Source of the DNA: Patescibacteria group bacterium UBA6017
GTDB taxonomy: Bacteria > Patescibacteriota > Saccharimonadia > UBA4664
DNA: 64,000 nucleotides
Direction of reading: 5' to 3'
Assembly (NCBI GenBank): GCA_002429485.1
Contig: DIZX01000015.1
Span: 21,363 to 85,362, forward strand
The notes below the pieces were generated by a model, which saw nothing but the letters and a program-made list of their open reading frames with translations, had not been told where the DNA came from and made no database searches. This document shows, one piece after another, positions 18,022 to 28,315 of the stretch (its first letter is position 1; each line of letters opens with the position of its first letter). The translations under genes and the position numbers were made by a program.

Positions 18022-20067
18022 GTGTCTGACCTGATTTCTCGCACAGCCAGACTCGTCCCCTACGCTAAGCGGCCGAAGAGCATAGCCAGCTTCGTGACGG
18101 CGTACATGTATGAACCCGCCGCGGACGAAGCGGGAGCTCAGATAGGTAATCTTTATGTAGCCGTAGAAGTCCTCGTATCTGGCCGGGCCAGCGAGGAGGT
18201 CGTAGATCTGGTCATCCAGACCGTCGGCGAAAAATACTACAACGACCCCAGCGACGAGGCGGATCCCCTCGCCCGGTTCGAGGGTGCAATCAAACAAACC
18301 AATCATGAACTCTCGGAGTACGTCGGTCGCGGCAATGCGGCTTGGATCGGCAAACTCAGCGCTATCATCGCCGTCCACGCCGGCAAAGAGCTGCACGTGG
18401 CCCAAACCGGCTCCGCCGAGGCCTTCCTGTACCGCGGCAAGGCCGTATCGCGCATCAGCCTCAGCGACACGGCTCGCCCCGCGACGCCATCCAAAACCTT
18501 CGGCTCCATCGCTACCGGAGAGCTCGAGGCCGGAGACAAACTCCTGCTTGCTACCCCGGCCCTAATCCACCAGGTTCCCCTGCTCAAACTTCAGAGTGTT
18601 ATCTCCACCACCAGCCCGAATGCTGCAATAGCCGAGATTAGCCAGCTTCTCGAAGGCGCCATTACCAATCGTATCGCCGCAATCGTAGTTGAAATCACTA
18701 CACCTGAGCTTGCAGCAATCAAGGTGCGCTCCGATGAGCCCGACGAAATCGAACTCGGAAACAATGAAAACCTAGCCGAAACCGCCATCAAGGCTGCAGC
18801 CCCGCTAGCCCAGCACGCGGCTAAAAAATCCAAAGAAGCCGCCCAGGCCACCTTAGGCTTCTGGCACCGGCTTCGGCCCCTAATGCGCAGCGGCAGCCTC
18901 AAGCTTGTTGATCTGATTCGCCAAAGGCTAACCACAAAAAAAGGCCGCCAGCTCAGCGCGCTAACTCTAGTCGGAGTCGTCGCAATTTCAGGTCTGATCT
19001 TGTGGTATTCCGGAGCCAACGCCTCCGGCGCCAAACAATTCACCCAATACCAGAACCTCTTCCGGGACTACACCCGCGCTCAAACTCTGGCGACTAGCGG
19101 CAATAAAACCGGCGGGCGGGCCGCCCTGGAGGCAGTCCAAGCCAAACTGCCCGGCATCGCCGCCAACGAGTCCGGCATCAATCATCAACTGAAGAATAAC
19201 CCTCTATATGAAGGTGAGCCCACATCCGTTGCCGAATTCAAAACCTTAGTGGCCGATCAGATCGATCAACTCGATGGCCTGGTGAAGATTGCCCCCATGA
19301 CAGTCGCCCAGATTGGCGCCAGAAATTCCCACCCGACTCATCTCGAATCCGACGGAACCCACGCTTACGTCTTGGATGCAGCAAATCACAATGCCATCTC
19401 CATCATCAATCTCCAGACCGGTGATCAAAAAGATTCAACAGCCAATACAGCCATATTAGGTGATGTAGCAGCAACAACGTTATCCTCTGCCAAGGACGGC
19501 ATATTTATTTTAACTTCCAAACCATCCGTCTGGTTTTACCGCTACAACAGCGATTCACTTACGGAGCAAACTTTGGCTTATGGGCAATGGCCAAAAGCGT
19601 CAGCAATCGCTTCGTACGGCTCAAATCTCTACTTACTAGGCAGCACCACTATCTACAAGAACGTTCATAATGCCACCGGTTATTCACCTAGTACTGATTA
19701 CATTTCTACAACAGTTTCATCCAAGAATTCATCGGGCTTAGCCGTTGATGGCTGGATATACCTTTCGTCCGATTCCGGCCTTCAGCGTTTCCTCGGCCCC
19801 ATCCTCAAGCAGACTCTGCCCATCCCTGCTTCGCTCGGACACATCACCAATCTGCGCTCCGTCGCCGGCGGCGACTTCGTGATCGGTACCAGTACTGGAA
19901 GCGGGCGCATCGCCATTTGGAATGCCGGCACCGACCAAGTATCTTTCACCAAACAAGTCGCCCTATCTGACACCAAAAAACTCTATGACGCCGTATATGA
20001 GCAGAAACTCGGCAAGGTATTTGCCACCGTCGACAACCGACTCGTCAGCTTTAATCTAAAACCCTAA
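18022..20067 (+). CDS. Membrane protein: N-terminal PP2C-like fold, TM, extracellular beta-rich (propeller-like) domain
   Basis: LHVAQTGSAEAFLYR..GELEAGDKLLLAT resembles PP2C without the acidic metal ligands; central TM; beta-rich C-terminus. Confidence 0.6.
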   Translation: MSDLISRTARLVPYAKRPKSIASFVTAYMYEPAADEAGAQIGNLYVAVEVLVSGRASEEVVDLVIQTVGEKYYNDPSDEADPLARFEGAIKQTNHELSEYVGRGNAAWIGKLSAIIAVHAGKELHVAQTGSAEAFLYRGKAVSRISLSDTARPATPSKTFGSIATGELEAGDKLLLATPALIHQVPLLKLQSVISTTSPNAAIAEISQLLEGAITNRIAAIVVEITTPELAAIKVRSDEPDEIELGNNENLAETAIKAAAPLAQHAAKKSKEAAQATLGFWHRLRPLMRSGSLKLVDLIRQRLTTKKGRQLSALTLVGVVAISGLILWYSGANASGAKQFTQYQNLFRDYTRAQTLATSGNKTGGRAALEAVQAKLPGIAANESGINHQLKNNPLYEGEPTSVAEFKTLVADQIDQLDGLVKIAPMTVAQIGARNSHPTHLESDGTHAYVLDAANHNAISIINLQTGDQKDSTANTAILGDVAATTLSSAKDGIFILTSKPSVWFYRYNSDSLTEQTLAYGQWPKASAIASYGSNLYLLGSTTIYKNVHNATGYSPSTDYISTTVSSKNSSGLAVDGWIYLSSDSGLQRFLGPILKQTLPIPASLGHITNLRSVAGGDFVIGTSTGSGRIAIWNAGTDQVSFTKQVALSDTKKLYDAVYEQKLGKVFATVDNRLVSFNLKP

Positions 20068-20080
20068 GTGTCGCGCAATA

Positions 20081-21817
20081 TTAGAGCCGGTCGGGAGCTT
20101 CAATCCCGAGAATGCTCAGCCCTGCGCTCAGCACATCGGCGTATAACGTCACCAGCCGTAACCGCTCAGCTTCGCGTACATCACCGATCACCCGACTCCC
20201 CTCATAAAACCGATTGAATATCTGAGCCAATTCATACAAGTACGTGGCGATATAATGCGGCATCAATTCATCCACTGAGCGCTCCACCACGTCGACGTAT
20301 TCAGAAATCTTTAATGCCAGCACCCTCTCCTGTTTGTCCAGGTCATCCAGCTTCGCATCGGGAATTTTCCCAGCCTTAGCCAAAATACTTCTAGCCCTAG
20401 CGTGGGCATACTGCAGATACGGTCCGCTGTTGCCATCCAGGCTCACCGACTCCTCCGGGATAAACACCAAATCGGCGCCAATCCGCTGCTTCAAGAAGCT
20501 ATACTTCACCGCGCCCAGCACCACCCGTTCGTCGTCATGGCCGTTAGCCGCTTTATTGGCCGCACCCGCCAATTCGAGAACGTCGACCGCCCGCAAAAAG
20601 TTGCCCTTGCGCGAACTCATCTTTTCGTTGCCCGCCAGCTTCACGTTTCCATGCGTCAGGTGAACGGTGCGCGCCACCAGCTCCGGCTCGAACTGTTCCA
20701 CGCTCTTGAGCACCACCTTCATATATTCAATAATATCGTTGCCCGTGATCACCACCGAACGATCGAAATGATAATCCCGCCACTTCGTCATCAATAATCC
20801 GGTGTCTTTGGCCTCATACGTCGGCAATCCCTGAGACGTTATGAATACCCGGGTATGCAGACCGTAAGGCTCCCCCTCAAATACCACCGCTCCGGCGCTG
20901 TCCTTATACACCCCCAGCTTCTGCTGCTTACGCACGGTCGCCAGCCCCAACGGTGCCACCTCACTCTCCGGGTAGTATTTCTCGAATTTGGTACCTATCC
21001 GTGCATAGAAGGCATCGAAGTATCCGTAGCTCCATTTGCGGCACAGGCGATAAATGGCCTCAATATCGGCCACCGGCAGACCTTTATAGGTATCGACGGA
21101 TTCAGGCTCCAAGCTCCAAACTTCATAGATAATTCGGTTCAATTGCAGGATATCTAGCTTCGGCTGCGGATCGTGCCCTTCTTCGGATGCCTCCTCGTAA
21201 GCCCGCGTGCCAGCCACGTAGGCCTTGGCCATCCAATCAGACCTCTCCGCTTCCGGAATATCGTCCAAGGCTTCCGCCCCGCCCGCACCCAGCTCCGCCA
21301 AAATCGCCCACATAGTCTTGGCCACATGCAGACCCACATCTCCGCCGAAGTTCACCCGATGGACCGTTCCCCCTGCCGTTTCGATCAAGTTGGCAATCGC
21401 ATCCCCGACGACGCTCGTATATAGGTGCCCCACGTGCAGCACCTTAAACGGATTAGGATCAGAATACTCAGCAACCACCGTCTTCCCGGCATATTGTTCC
21501 GGCTTGCGTGTCGTGGCCGCCTGCGCGCTCTTGGCCACCGCCCGGTTGCTGAGCGTAATATTGATAAATCCCGGACCGGCCACTTCGACGCTCTCGATAT
21601 CAGTACTGGCGGCTTTGATTGCCCCGGCCAATTCCTCTGCCGCCTCCCGCGGTGATCGCCCCAGGTCTTTGGCGTATACCATGGCGGCATTTGTCGCGTA
21701 GTCACCATGCTTTGAGTCAGCCGTCAGGCTCACATTTAGCCGGCCTGCATCCAGCTCCGGGCCGAATGTATCGGCTACAATCTTGGCAATCAGTTTTTCG
21801 AGTTGATTGAGTGTCAT
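20081..21817 (-). CDS. argS: Arginine--tRNA ligase
   Basis: GDYATN, AGPGFIN, EYSDPNPFK.LHVGH, KMSSRKG, GPYLQYAHAR; start placed at ATG 21817. Confidence 0.97.
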   Translation of the reverse strand: MTLNQLEKLIAKIVADTFGPELDAGRLNVSLTADSKHGDYATNAAMVYAKDLGRSPREAAEELAGAIKAASTDIESVEVAGPGFINITLSNRAVAKSAQAATTRKPEQYAGKTVVAEYSDPNPFKVLHVGHLYTSVVGDAIANLIETAGGTVHRVNFGGDVGLHVAKTMWAILAELGAGGAEALDDIPEAERSDWMAKAYVAGTRAYEEASEEGHDPQPKLDILQLNRIIYEVWSLEPESVDTYKGLPVADIEAIYRLCRKWSYGYFDAFYARIGTKFEKYYPESEVAPLGLATVRKQQKLGVYKDSAGAVVFEGEPYGLHTRVFITSQGLPTYEAKDTGLLMTKWRDYHFDRSVVITGNDIIEYMKVVLKSVEQFEPELVARTVHLTHGNVKLAGNEKMSSRKGNFLRAVDVLELAGAANKAANGHDDERVVLGAVKYSFLKQRIGADLVFIPEESVSLDGNSGPYLQYAHARARSILAKAGKIPDAKLDDLDKQERVLALKISEYVDVVERSVDELMPHYIATYLYELAQIFNRFYEGSRVIGDVREAERLRLVTLYADVLSAGLSILGIEAPDRL

Positions 21818-21875
21818 ATTGAGCCCGATTATATCAGCCTCACGCTTGAACTCATAACCAGTTATAATAAGGCCC

Positions 21876-22316
21876 ATGAAAGTCTTAGCCAAAAACCGAC
21901 GCGCCAGTTTCGACTACGAGCTCACCGAGCATCTTGTAGCCGGTTTAGTGCTGACCGGCGACGAAGTCAAAAGCCTCAAGTCCGGCTTCGGCAGTCTCAA
22001 GGGCTCGTTCATCTCGCTGCGAGATAACGAAGCCTACCTCACAGCCGCCCACATCACCCCGTACTCTCACGCTTCGGACAAAGCCGGCATCGACCCCACC
22101 CGCAATCGCAAGCTCCTGCTGCACCGACGCCAAATTGATAGCCTTATCGAACACAAGCAAGCGGGCCTCAGTGTGGTCCCCACTGCCCTGCTTTTGGGTG
22201 GCTCTTTGATCAAGATTGAAATCGGTATCGGGCGGGGCAAAAAACGCTACGATAAACGCGAAACCATGAAGCGCCGCGACACCGAAAGAGACATCGCCAG
22301 ACAGTTAAAGCGCTAA
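21876..22316 (+). CDS. smpB: SsrA-binding protein
   Basis: NRRASFDY, AGLVLTGDEVKS, RKLLLH, GKKRYDKRE. Confidence 0.97.
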   Translation: MKVLAKNRRASFDYELTEHLVAGLVLTGDEVKSLKSGFGSLKGSFISLRDNEAYLTAAHITPYSHASDKAGIDPTRNRKLLLHRRQIDSLIEHKQAGLSVVPTALLLGGSLIKIEIGIGRGKKRYDKRETMKRRDTERDIARQLKR

Positions 22317-22342
22317 TGCTTAGAAATAGGTGCACAACTTGC

Positions 22343-22462
22343 TTGACGGGGTAAAACCTAAGCGTTAATCTATTTATAGGTACCTGCACAAAAAAAGTAC
22401 TCAAAACAAAAAACAACAAACTCTCGTCCAGAAACGGCTCTGCAAAGGGCCGTTTCTCTATT
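22343..22462 (+). ncRNA. Candidate short A-rich sRNA unit (promoter TTGACG-N17-TAATCT, ~85-nt transcript, terminator)
   Basis: Consensus-like promoter with no ORF before the agaaacggc..gccgtttct hairpin. Confidence 0.4.
22430..22462. terminator. Hairpin terminator between convergent units
   Basis: agaaacggctct-gcaa-agggccgtttct. Confidence 0.7.
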
Positions 22463-23357
22463 TAGCCGGCGACTCAGTGTCAGTTATCGTTTGCGAGTCT
22501 AAACTTTTCGACAATGCGTTGTATTCATCCACCGCCACCTGGTAGCTTCCAATATTGGTGTTAATCTGATCTACTAACTTATTTTGCTGTGGCACTAGAG
22601 CGTTATATGCCTGGATTTGTCCGCCCGCTCGATAGCCGTCAAGCTCATGATTCATCAAGCTTAACCGGGCCTTCTCGGATCGGATCTTACTCAGCTCCGT
22701 TTCCAACTCTATCCGCCTGGTTTCAAAGACTGCCTTATACGCGTTGTGAGCACTCACGATCTGGCCCCGGTTCGGGAACAGTTTAGCGTAATGCGCTTCG
22801 AGTACCGGCGATAGATTGGCGTATTCGGTTCCCAAAATTGAATGAAGTTCGTTGGCCTGCTCTCCGGGCTCGGATACCGCGTAGCTGGCCATCCTGTCGC
22901 GCAGGTCAGCGTCTGCGACCAGCCCGTACACTCGTTCCAGCTCATTACTCAGCGTAGCGCGCTCAACCGCACTCAGCTTGTCCCACTGAGCGTGGAGCAG
23001 CTCATGGGCGCTCACCACGTCCATTTCGGGGGCCAAGCTGGCATTATCAATGTGCAACACATATATTCGACCGTGATAGTAGCAGCCCAACTCGAGCTCG
23101 TGAGGGCGGGTATCGCAATCAGTGTTAAAACTCGTTTTACTGTCGAATGCTGGATTCGAGCGATACAGCGTCGCCCGCGCCGATGCGCTGAGGCCGATGC
23201 GCGACTCAAAACCCATCAACTCGGCACCGGGCTTATACGTCGACAGCGCGTAGTAATCCATAAGCCCCTCGTAATTGAGGGCACCGATTGCCAACAATCC
23301 GATAAACCCAAGCGAGATTAAGGTTCCTCCCCCCAAGATGTTTGAGCGTGGTTGCAT
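22458..23357 (-). CDS. Membrane-anchored HExxH metalloprotease-like protein with C-terminal coiled coil
   Basis: N-terminal TM, LGCY, AHELLHA, NELHS. Confidence 0.7.
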   Translation of the reverse strand: MQPRSNILGGGTLISLGFIGLLAIGALNYEGLMDYYALSTYKPGAELMGFESRIGLSASARATLYRSNPAFDSKTSFNTDCDTRPHELELGCYYHGRIYVLHIDNASLAPEMDVVSAHELLHAQWDKLSAVERATLSNELERVYGLVADADLRDRMASYAVSEPGEQANELHSILGTEYANLSPVLEAHYAKLFPNRGQIVSAHNAYKAVFETRRIELETELSKIRSEKARLSLMNHELDGYRAGGQIQAYNALVPQQNKLVDQINTNIGSYQVAVDEYNALSKSLDSQTITDTESPAK

Positions 23358-23482
23358 GATTGCCTCACTTTACCCTTTCGGCCGTCTCACGCACAAGCCC
23401 ACAACTCAAACCGCCCGTGCTTGCAATCTCCCCCATTACAGATAAGATAACCAATTGATTTTTTCACTTTAATGCCTCCCTA

Positions 23483-24181
23483 ATGAGGGCCCAAGCGAGC
23501 ACCATGCTTCTCATCCGCAAACCACTGTCCGCCTATCTAGTGCAGCCCAGCACCAACCCTCACTTTTTACAGTCATGGGCTGGCTTTCAAACGAAATTCA
23601 TCGACATTAGGCGGCACAATCCCAACCTGCTCAAGCGCGCTGCCGCAGCGATGCTGATTTGGTGCGTCAGTATTGGCACATTGCAGGCCGTCTACGACCT
23701 TGGGAGAGGTAAACCCATCTCTTACTGGGCTCACGCCAATTCCAGCCTCTCAGCGGCCGCCACAGCGACTACCGTGAATACCCCCTCGCTCGCAACGGCC
23801 GTACACGCCGCAATATTACCGAGCGGTCCCAGCGGCCAACTTCTTCCCCCCGGCAGCATGGCCCCAGATCGCACCTACGCAAATTCCTACGCCTCGGGCC
23901 AATGTACCTGGTACGTCGCCGGCCGCCGCCAAATTCCCCCTCATTGGGGTAATGCTGCCTCGTGGTATTACCACGCCACCTCGCTCGGCTGGAGCGTCGG
24001 CACCGTGCCGGCCGTGGCGGCCGTGGCTTGGACTTCGGCAGGATTCTATGGTCACGTCGCTCTCGTGGAGCAAGTTTCGGCCAACGGCTCCATGGTTTAC
24101 GTTTCCGAGATGAACTACCGCGGCGTTGGCGTCAAAAGCACTCGCTGGGTATCTTCCAAGCAATTCAAATACATCTACTAA
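23483..24181 (+). CDS. CHAP-domain peptidoglycan amidase
   Basis: YASGQCTWYV, WGNA..W, GHVALVE, SEMNY. Confidence 0.9.
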   Translation: MRAQASTMLLIRKPLSAYLVQPSTNPHFLQSWAGFQTKFIDIRRHNPNLLKRAAAAMLIWCVSIGTLQAVYDLGRGKPISYWAHANSSLSAAATATTVNTPSLATAVHAAILPSGPSGQLLPPGSMAPDRTYANSYASGQCTWYVAGRRQIPPHWGNAASWYYHATSLGWSVGTVPAVAAVAWTSAGFYGHVALVEQVSANGSMVYVSEMNYRGVGVKSTRWVSSKQFKYIY

Positions 24182-24209
24182 GCCCTTCGGCTTCTGCTAA
24201 AATACCCGC

Positions 24210-25607
24210 ATGAAACTATTATGGCGCTATCCGGAATTATTTTTGCTCACCGCTATTGCCGTCCTCACCCGATGCTGGTCATTATTCACCCCCGCCGCCG
24301 TCGTTTTCGATGAAGTCTACTTCAAGGTCTACGCGGGCGACTACTTAACCGGCTCCTACTACTTCGATCCCCACCCGCCGTTGGGCAAACTCCTGCTCGC
24401 CGCCTGGGCCTGGATAACCCATCAAGATCCCGCCACCCTCACCGGCGGCGACCCGGCCGTAGTCTTGCGCGTACTGCCGGCGATTGCCGGTGCCCTGATC
24501 ATTCCTGTCTTCTACTTGTTTCTGCGTCAACTAGGGGCCTCCCGCCGCGTCTCCACCCTCGGGGCCGCCGTGCTCCTGCTCGACAATGCCCTATTGGTAG
24601 AATCACGTTTTATTCTGATCGACAGCATGCTGATATTATTCGGCCTGGCCGCTGTCACCTGCTTTTTGGCCGCCCGGCGTCACAGTGGCCGACTAAGATT
24701 CAGCCTCATCGCCGCCAGCGCCCTCCTGGCCGGACTTGCCGCCAGCACAAAATGGACCGGACTCACCGCACTGGGCCTTATCGGACTCATCTGGCTCACC
24801 GATCAATTACGCCGCCGCCATCACATCTCCTGGCGGACTCGCATTCTGGAAGTATTTACCCTAATTCTCATCCCCATACTCACCTATCTGACCGTCTTCT
24901 GGATTCATTTCGGGCTGCTGCACCACAGCGGGCAAGGTGACGCCTTTATGTCGACCCGTTTTCAATCCACGCTCATCGGCAATGCCAGCTACGACCCGTC
25001 CGTTCATATGAGCTTCTGGGATAAATTCATTGATCTCAACCACGCCATGAGCGCCTCAGAGGAAGGCCTCAAAACCGCCACCCACCCCTACGGCTCCAAA
25101 TGGACCAGCTGGCCGCTCATGACACGCTCAGTCTACTATTGGCAGGGCGACACCGCCGCCAACGGCACTCAGGGCAATATCTACCTGCTCGGCAATCCCG
25201 TGATCTGGTGGGGAATCCTCGTCATCATCGCTGCCGGCGCTAGCGTGTCATCTAAGTCTCTGCAGCGGTTGCGGCCGTACCGTTTCGCGCTTGTCTTTCT
25301 GGCCATCGGCTACGCCATGAATTTTTTCCCCTTCAGCCGGATCGTCAGGGTCATGTTTCTGTATCACTATCTGTTCGCCTTCATCTACAGCCTGGCTTTT
25401 ACCGTCATCTTCCTCGGAGCGCTGGCAGACTGGATGGACGACTCGATGTCTTTCTGGACGTTCTCCAGCCGCACCTCGCGCAATCTCTATATCGGGGTTC
25501 TGGCGGCAACCGTAATCGGTTTTATCTACTTTGCGCCGCTCAGCTACGGTGTACCGCTCACACCAGGAGAATTGGCTGGCCACATGTGGCTGCCCACCTG
25601 GCGCTAA
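24210..25607 (+). CDS. Protein O-mannosyltransferase (PMT, GT39)
   Basis: VFDEVYF, FDPHPPLGK, ESRFILID, KWTG, HPYGSKW.SWP, GNP..WW, FLYHYL. Confidence 0.92.
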   Translation: MKLLWRYPELFLLTAIAVLTRCWSLFTPAAVVFDEVYFKVYAGDYLTGSYYFDPHPPLGKLLLAAWAWITHQDPATLTGGDPAVVLRVLPAIAGALIIPVFYLFLRQLGASRRVSTLGAAVLLLDNALLVESRFILIDSMLILFGLAAVTCFLAARRHSGRLRFSLIAASALLAGLAASTKWTGLTALGLIGLIWLTDQLRRRHHISWRTRILEVFTLILIPILTYLTVFWIHFGLLHHSGQGDAFMSTRFQSTLIGNASYDPSVHMSFWDKFIDLNHAMSASEEGLKTATHPYGSKWTSWPLMTRSVYYWQGDTAANGTQGNIYLLGNPVIWWGILVIIAAGASVSSKSLQRLRPYRFALVFLAIGYAMNFFPFSRIVRVMFLYHYLFAFIYSLAFTVIFLGALADWMDDSMSFWTFSSRTSRNLYIGVLAATVIGFIYFAPLSYGVPLTPGELAGHMWLPTWR

Positions 25608-25617
25608 TTACGCCAAA

Positions 25618-26322
25618 TTAGCCTTCGTTTCTACGTAAATTTATCAGTTCTTTAATGGCTCGCGCGATCACGCTCGGGCGCGCGCCGGACGGAGCACCGC
25701 CCCGTCTCGCATAATGCTCCACCGCCACCTCTTCCCACTTGCACCCCGAGGCGCGAAGCTTCATGAGCAGCTCAGCCGAAATCACGGCACCCCGGGCTTG
25801 CAGCGGGCGCAATCCCCGAACCCGCTCAGTTCGAAACAGTTTAAATCCGCAATCTAGGTCACGCACATCCAAGCCCAAAATCACTCGCACCGCGCGTCCC
25901 CACGCCCACGCATTCAGGCGTCGGCCCAGATGATCATGCCTCCGGCGCCGATAACCCAGAACCGCGTCAACCCGCCCGGACGGATCGATAAACCGATCAA
26001 TGTCCCCGAGGTCAAACTGCCCATCCGCATCGGTATAACACACCCATCGATACTTCGCTGCCTCAAACCCGCTCACCAACGCCGCCCCGTACCCGAGATT
26101 GTGCGGATGATGCACCACCTTCACATGCTTGTCTAGGCGGGCGTAATCATCGGCAATTGCAGCCGTACCGTCCGTACTACCATCGTCCACCACAATTACC
26201 TCATAGCTCTCCAGATCCAGCGACTCGAGCACCGACAATGCATGCTCAATAACCCCCGGCAGCGCCTGCACCTCATCGAATACAGGGAAAAAGACACTTA
26301 AGCTTACCCAAGGTGTTTTCAT
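25618..26322 (-). CDS. GT2 polyprenol-phosphate glycosyltransferase (Dpm1/Ppm1-like)
   Basis: VVDDGSTDGT, NLGYGAAL, DADGQFD, DLDCGFKLF. Confidence 0.9.
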   Translation of the reverse strand: MKTPWVSLSVFFPVFDEVQALPGVIEHALSVLESLDLESYEVIVVDDGSTDGTAAIADDYARLDKHVKVVHHPHNLGYGAALVSGFEAAKYRWVCYTDADGQFDLGDIDRFIDPSGRVDAVLGYRRRRHDHLGRRLNAWAWGRAVRVILGLDVRDLDCGFKLFRTERVRGLRPLQARGAVISAELLMKLRASGCKWEEVAVEHYARRGGAPSGARPSVIARAIKELINLRRNEG

Positions 26323-26388
26323 ATGGCTAAGCATATCTTATTTGAGCCTCGTAACCTATAAATACTGCCTGGTGCTAAAATAAACCTC

Positions 26389-28260
26389 ATGATGAGTCTG
26401 ATTTATCTCGCCTCAGCCCTGGCCCTGGGAATTGCTATCACCCGGCGCCTCAAACTTAGCCTGTTGGCGTTCGAAATTCCTGCCCTTAGCATTGCCCTGG
26501 GGCTGCTGCTATGGACCTGGCTGTCGTTCCTCTGCGCCCTGGTGATGCCCTACTATTTGAGCCTGCCGGCCACCGTGGCTTTAGCCGGCGTAGCCAGCAT
26601 TTGGCTATGGCAGACCAGCCACCCCATCCAGATCCGCCGCCTTCCCGGCACCTCCTTGGCCTGGGCAGCCTGGGGCGCGTTTACTACTGCAACTACCGCC
26701 CTCATCGGCTGGCTTATGTGGACGCACGATCTCGTCCCGCACAACGGCGGCCTCTACTCCGCCAACTCCACCTGGGCCGATTTTGGCCTCCATGCCAGCC
26801 TCATCAGCCACTTCGCCGCCGCCAACCGTCTCCCGCTCGATTTCCCCATTGCCGCCGGCGCCCATCTCACCTTCCCCTTCATGATCGACCTGCTCTCAGC
26901 CTGGCTCTTGCGCGGCGGCTGGAGCCTGCAGCTGGCGATATTCATCCCTTCTGTGCTGCTGGTTTGGGCCTTCCTTCAGCTCATCCTCGGATTCGGCGTC
27001 AGGCTGTTTGGGCGCATCGGCGGTGCCATATTCGGACTCACGCTCGCCCTGCTGTGCGGCTCAGCCGTGGGTATCTTCACGGCCGCCGGCGACCTGCAGT
27101 CCAGCGGTCAGAGTCTTAGCGCGTTTCTCGCTCATCTGCCGCAAGACTACACCGCCCTCACCAGGCCCAATGCTCAGCTCACCAACTTCCTCGTCGACAT
27201 CCTGCTTCCCCAACGCGCCTTCCTGATGGGCCTGACTACCTTTGGGGCCGTCCTGATCCTGTTTACCGAGCTGCGCCGCCACCATCGGCGCGGCCTCGCA
27301 ATCTTCACCGGCGGGCTCATCGGGCTGCTGCCGCTGGTCCACGCCCACACCTTCGTAGTCGCAGGAAGCCTGGTAGCCGCCTTCTGGATCGAAGCCGCCT
27401 TCAAACCCAAGCAATTCAAGCCCACCGGCACCTGGCTCACCGTCGGCCTCACCGCCCTACTCGTGGCCGCCCCGCAAATAGCCTGGCAGATCCTAGCCAA
27501 CCAAACCGGCACCGGCGGCCATTTGGCTCTGGGCTGGACGCTTCTGCCCAGTGAATCAATAGTCTCGTTTTGGACGCATAATTACGGCCTCACCGGTCTA
27601 CTGATAGTCGGGGTAGCCGTTCTCGTCTTCACCCGCCACCCGCTCCGCCGCTTCGCCGTCTGGTTTGCTCCAATCTTGGCCGTATTCATCTTCGCCAACG
27701 TCTATTCTCTCCAGCCATTCGCCTACGACAACCTCAAGCTCATCCTCTACGTCTACCTGTTCACCTATATTTTTGCCGGTTATGGCGCTCTTTGGATGAT
27801 TCAGCGAAGCCGCTGGACGGCCCTGCCCATTGCTCTCGTCTGCGTATTAATTACTGCCAGCGGCACTCTCGCTGTAGCCAGGGAGTTCCAGCACCAGGAC
27901 CAATTCGCCAGCCCCGACGATATCGCCCTCGCCGGCTGGGTCACCGGGTCCACTCTGCCCGCCGATGTTTTTCTCACCACCGATCAACCCAATCAGCCGG
28001 TAGCCACGCTCGCCGGGAGGTCAATCGTAGTCGGCTACCGCGGCTGGCTCTACAATTACAATCTCAACTATCAGCCCCGGCTCGATACTGTCGCCTCCGC
28101 CCTACGCGGTGATCTCAACTCAAACAACCCCTACGGGGCCGGCTACCTCGCCGTTAGCAGCTCCGAGCCGCCCGAGTGGATAATTGACCAGTCGCGGCTA
28201 GGCTCCGTATATTCACTTGTTTATTCGAACCCCAGCTGGACAGTCTACCGCCTCCCCTAA
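26389..28260 (+). CDS. Multi-TM GT-C-type glycosyltransferase
   Basis: Many TM helices, WAD..LH loop, PQRAF, DNLK, GRS...GY.GWL C-terminal domain; divergent from the GT2 gene. Confidence 0.65.
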   Translation: MMSLIYLASALALGIAITRRLKLSLLAFEIPALSIALGLLLWTWLSFLCALVMPYYLSLPATVALAGVASIWLWQTSHPIQIRRLPGTSLAWAAWGAFTTATTALIGWLMWTHDLVPHNGGLYSANSTWADFGLHASLISHFAAANRLPLDFPIAAGAHLTFPFMIDLLSAWLLRGGWSLQLAIFIPSVLLVWAFLQLILGFGVRLFGRIGGAIFGLTLALLCGSAVGIFTAAGDLQSSGQSLSAFLAHLPQDYTALTRPNAQLTNFLVDILLPQRAFLMGLTTFGAVLILFTELRRHHRRGLAIFTGGLIGLLPLVHAHTFVVAGSLVAAFWIEAAFKPKQFKPTGTWLTVGLTALLVAAPQIAWQILANQTGTGGHLALGWTLLPSESIVSFWTHNYGLTGLLIVGVAVLVFTRHPLRRFAVWFAPILAVFIFANVYSLQPFAYDNLKLILYVYLFTYIFAGYGALWMIQRSRWTALPIALVCVLITASGTLAVAREFQHQDQFASPDDIALAGWVTGSTLPADVFLTTDQPNQPVATLAGRSIVVGYRGWLYNYNLNYQPRLDTVASALRGDLNSNNPYGAGYLAVSSSEPPEWIIDQSRLGSVYSLVYSNPSWTVYRLP

Positions 28261-28315
28261 CTTTCAAACGCTCACCCTGTAGACGAATCGAGCAGCAAAA
28301 GTTAACATAAGAGAC

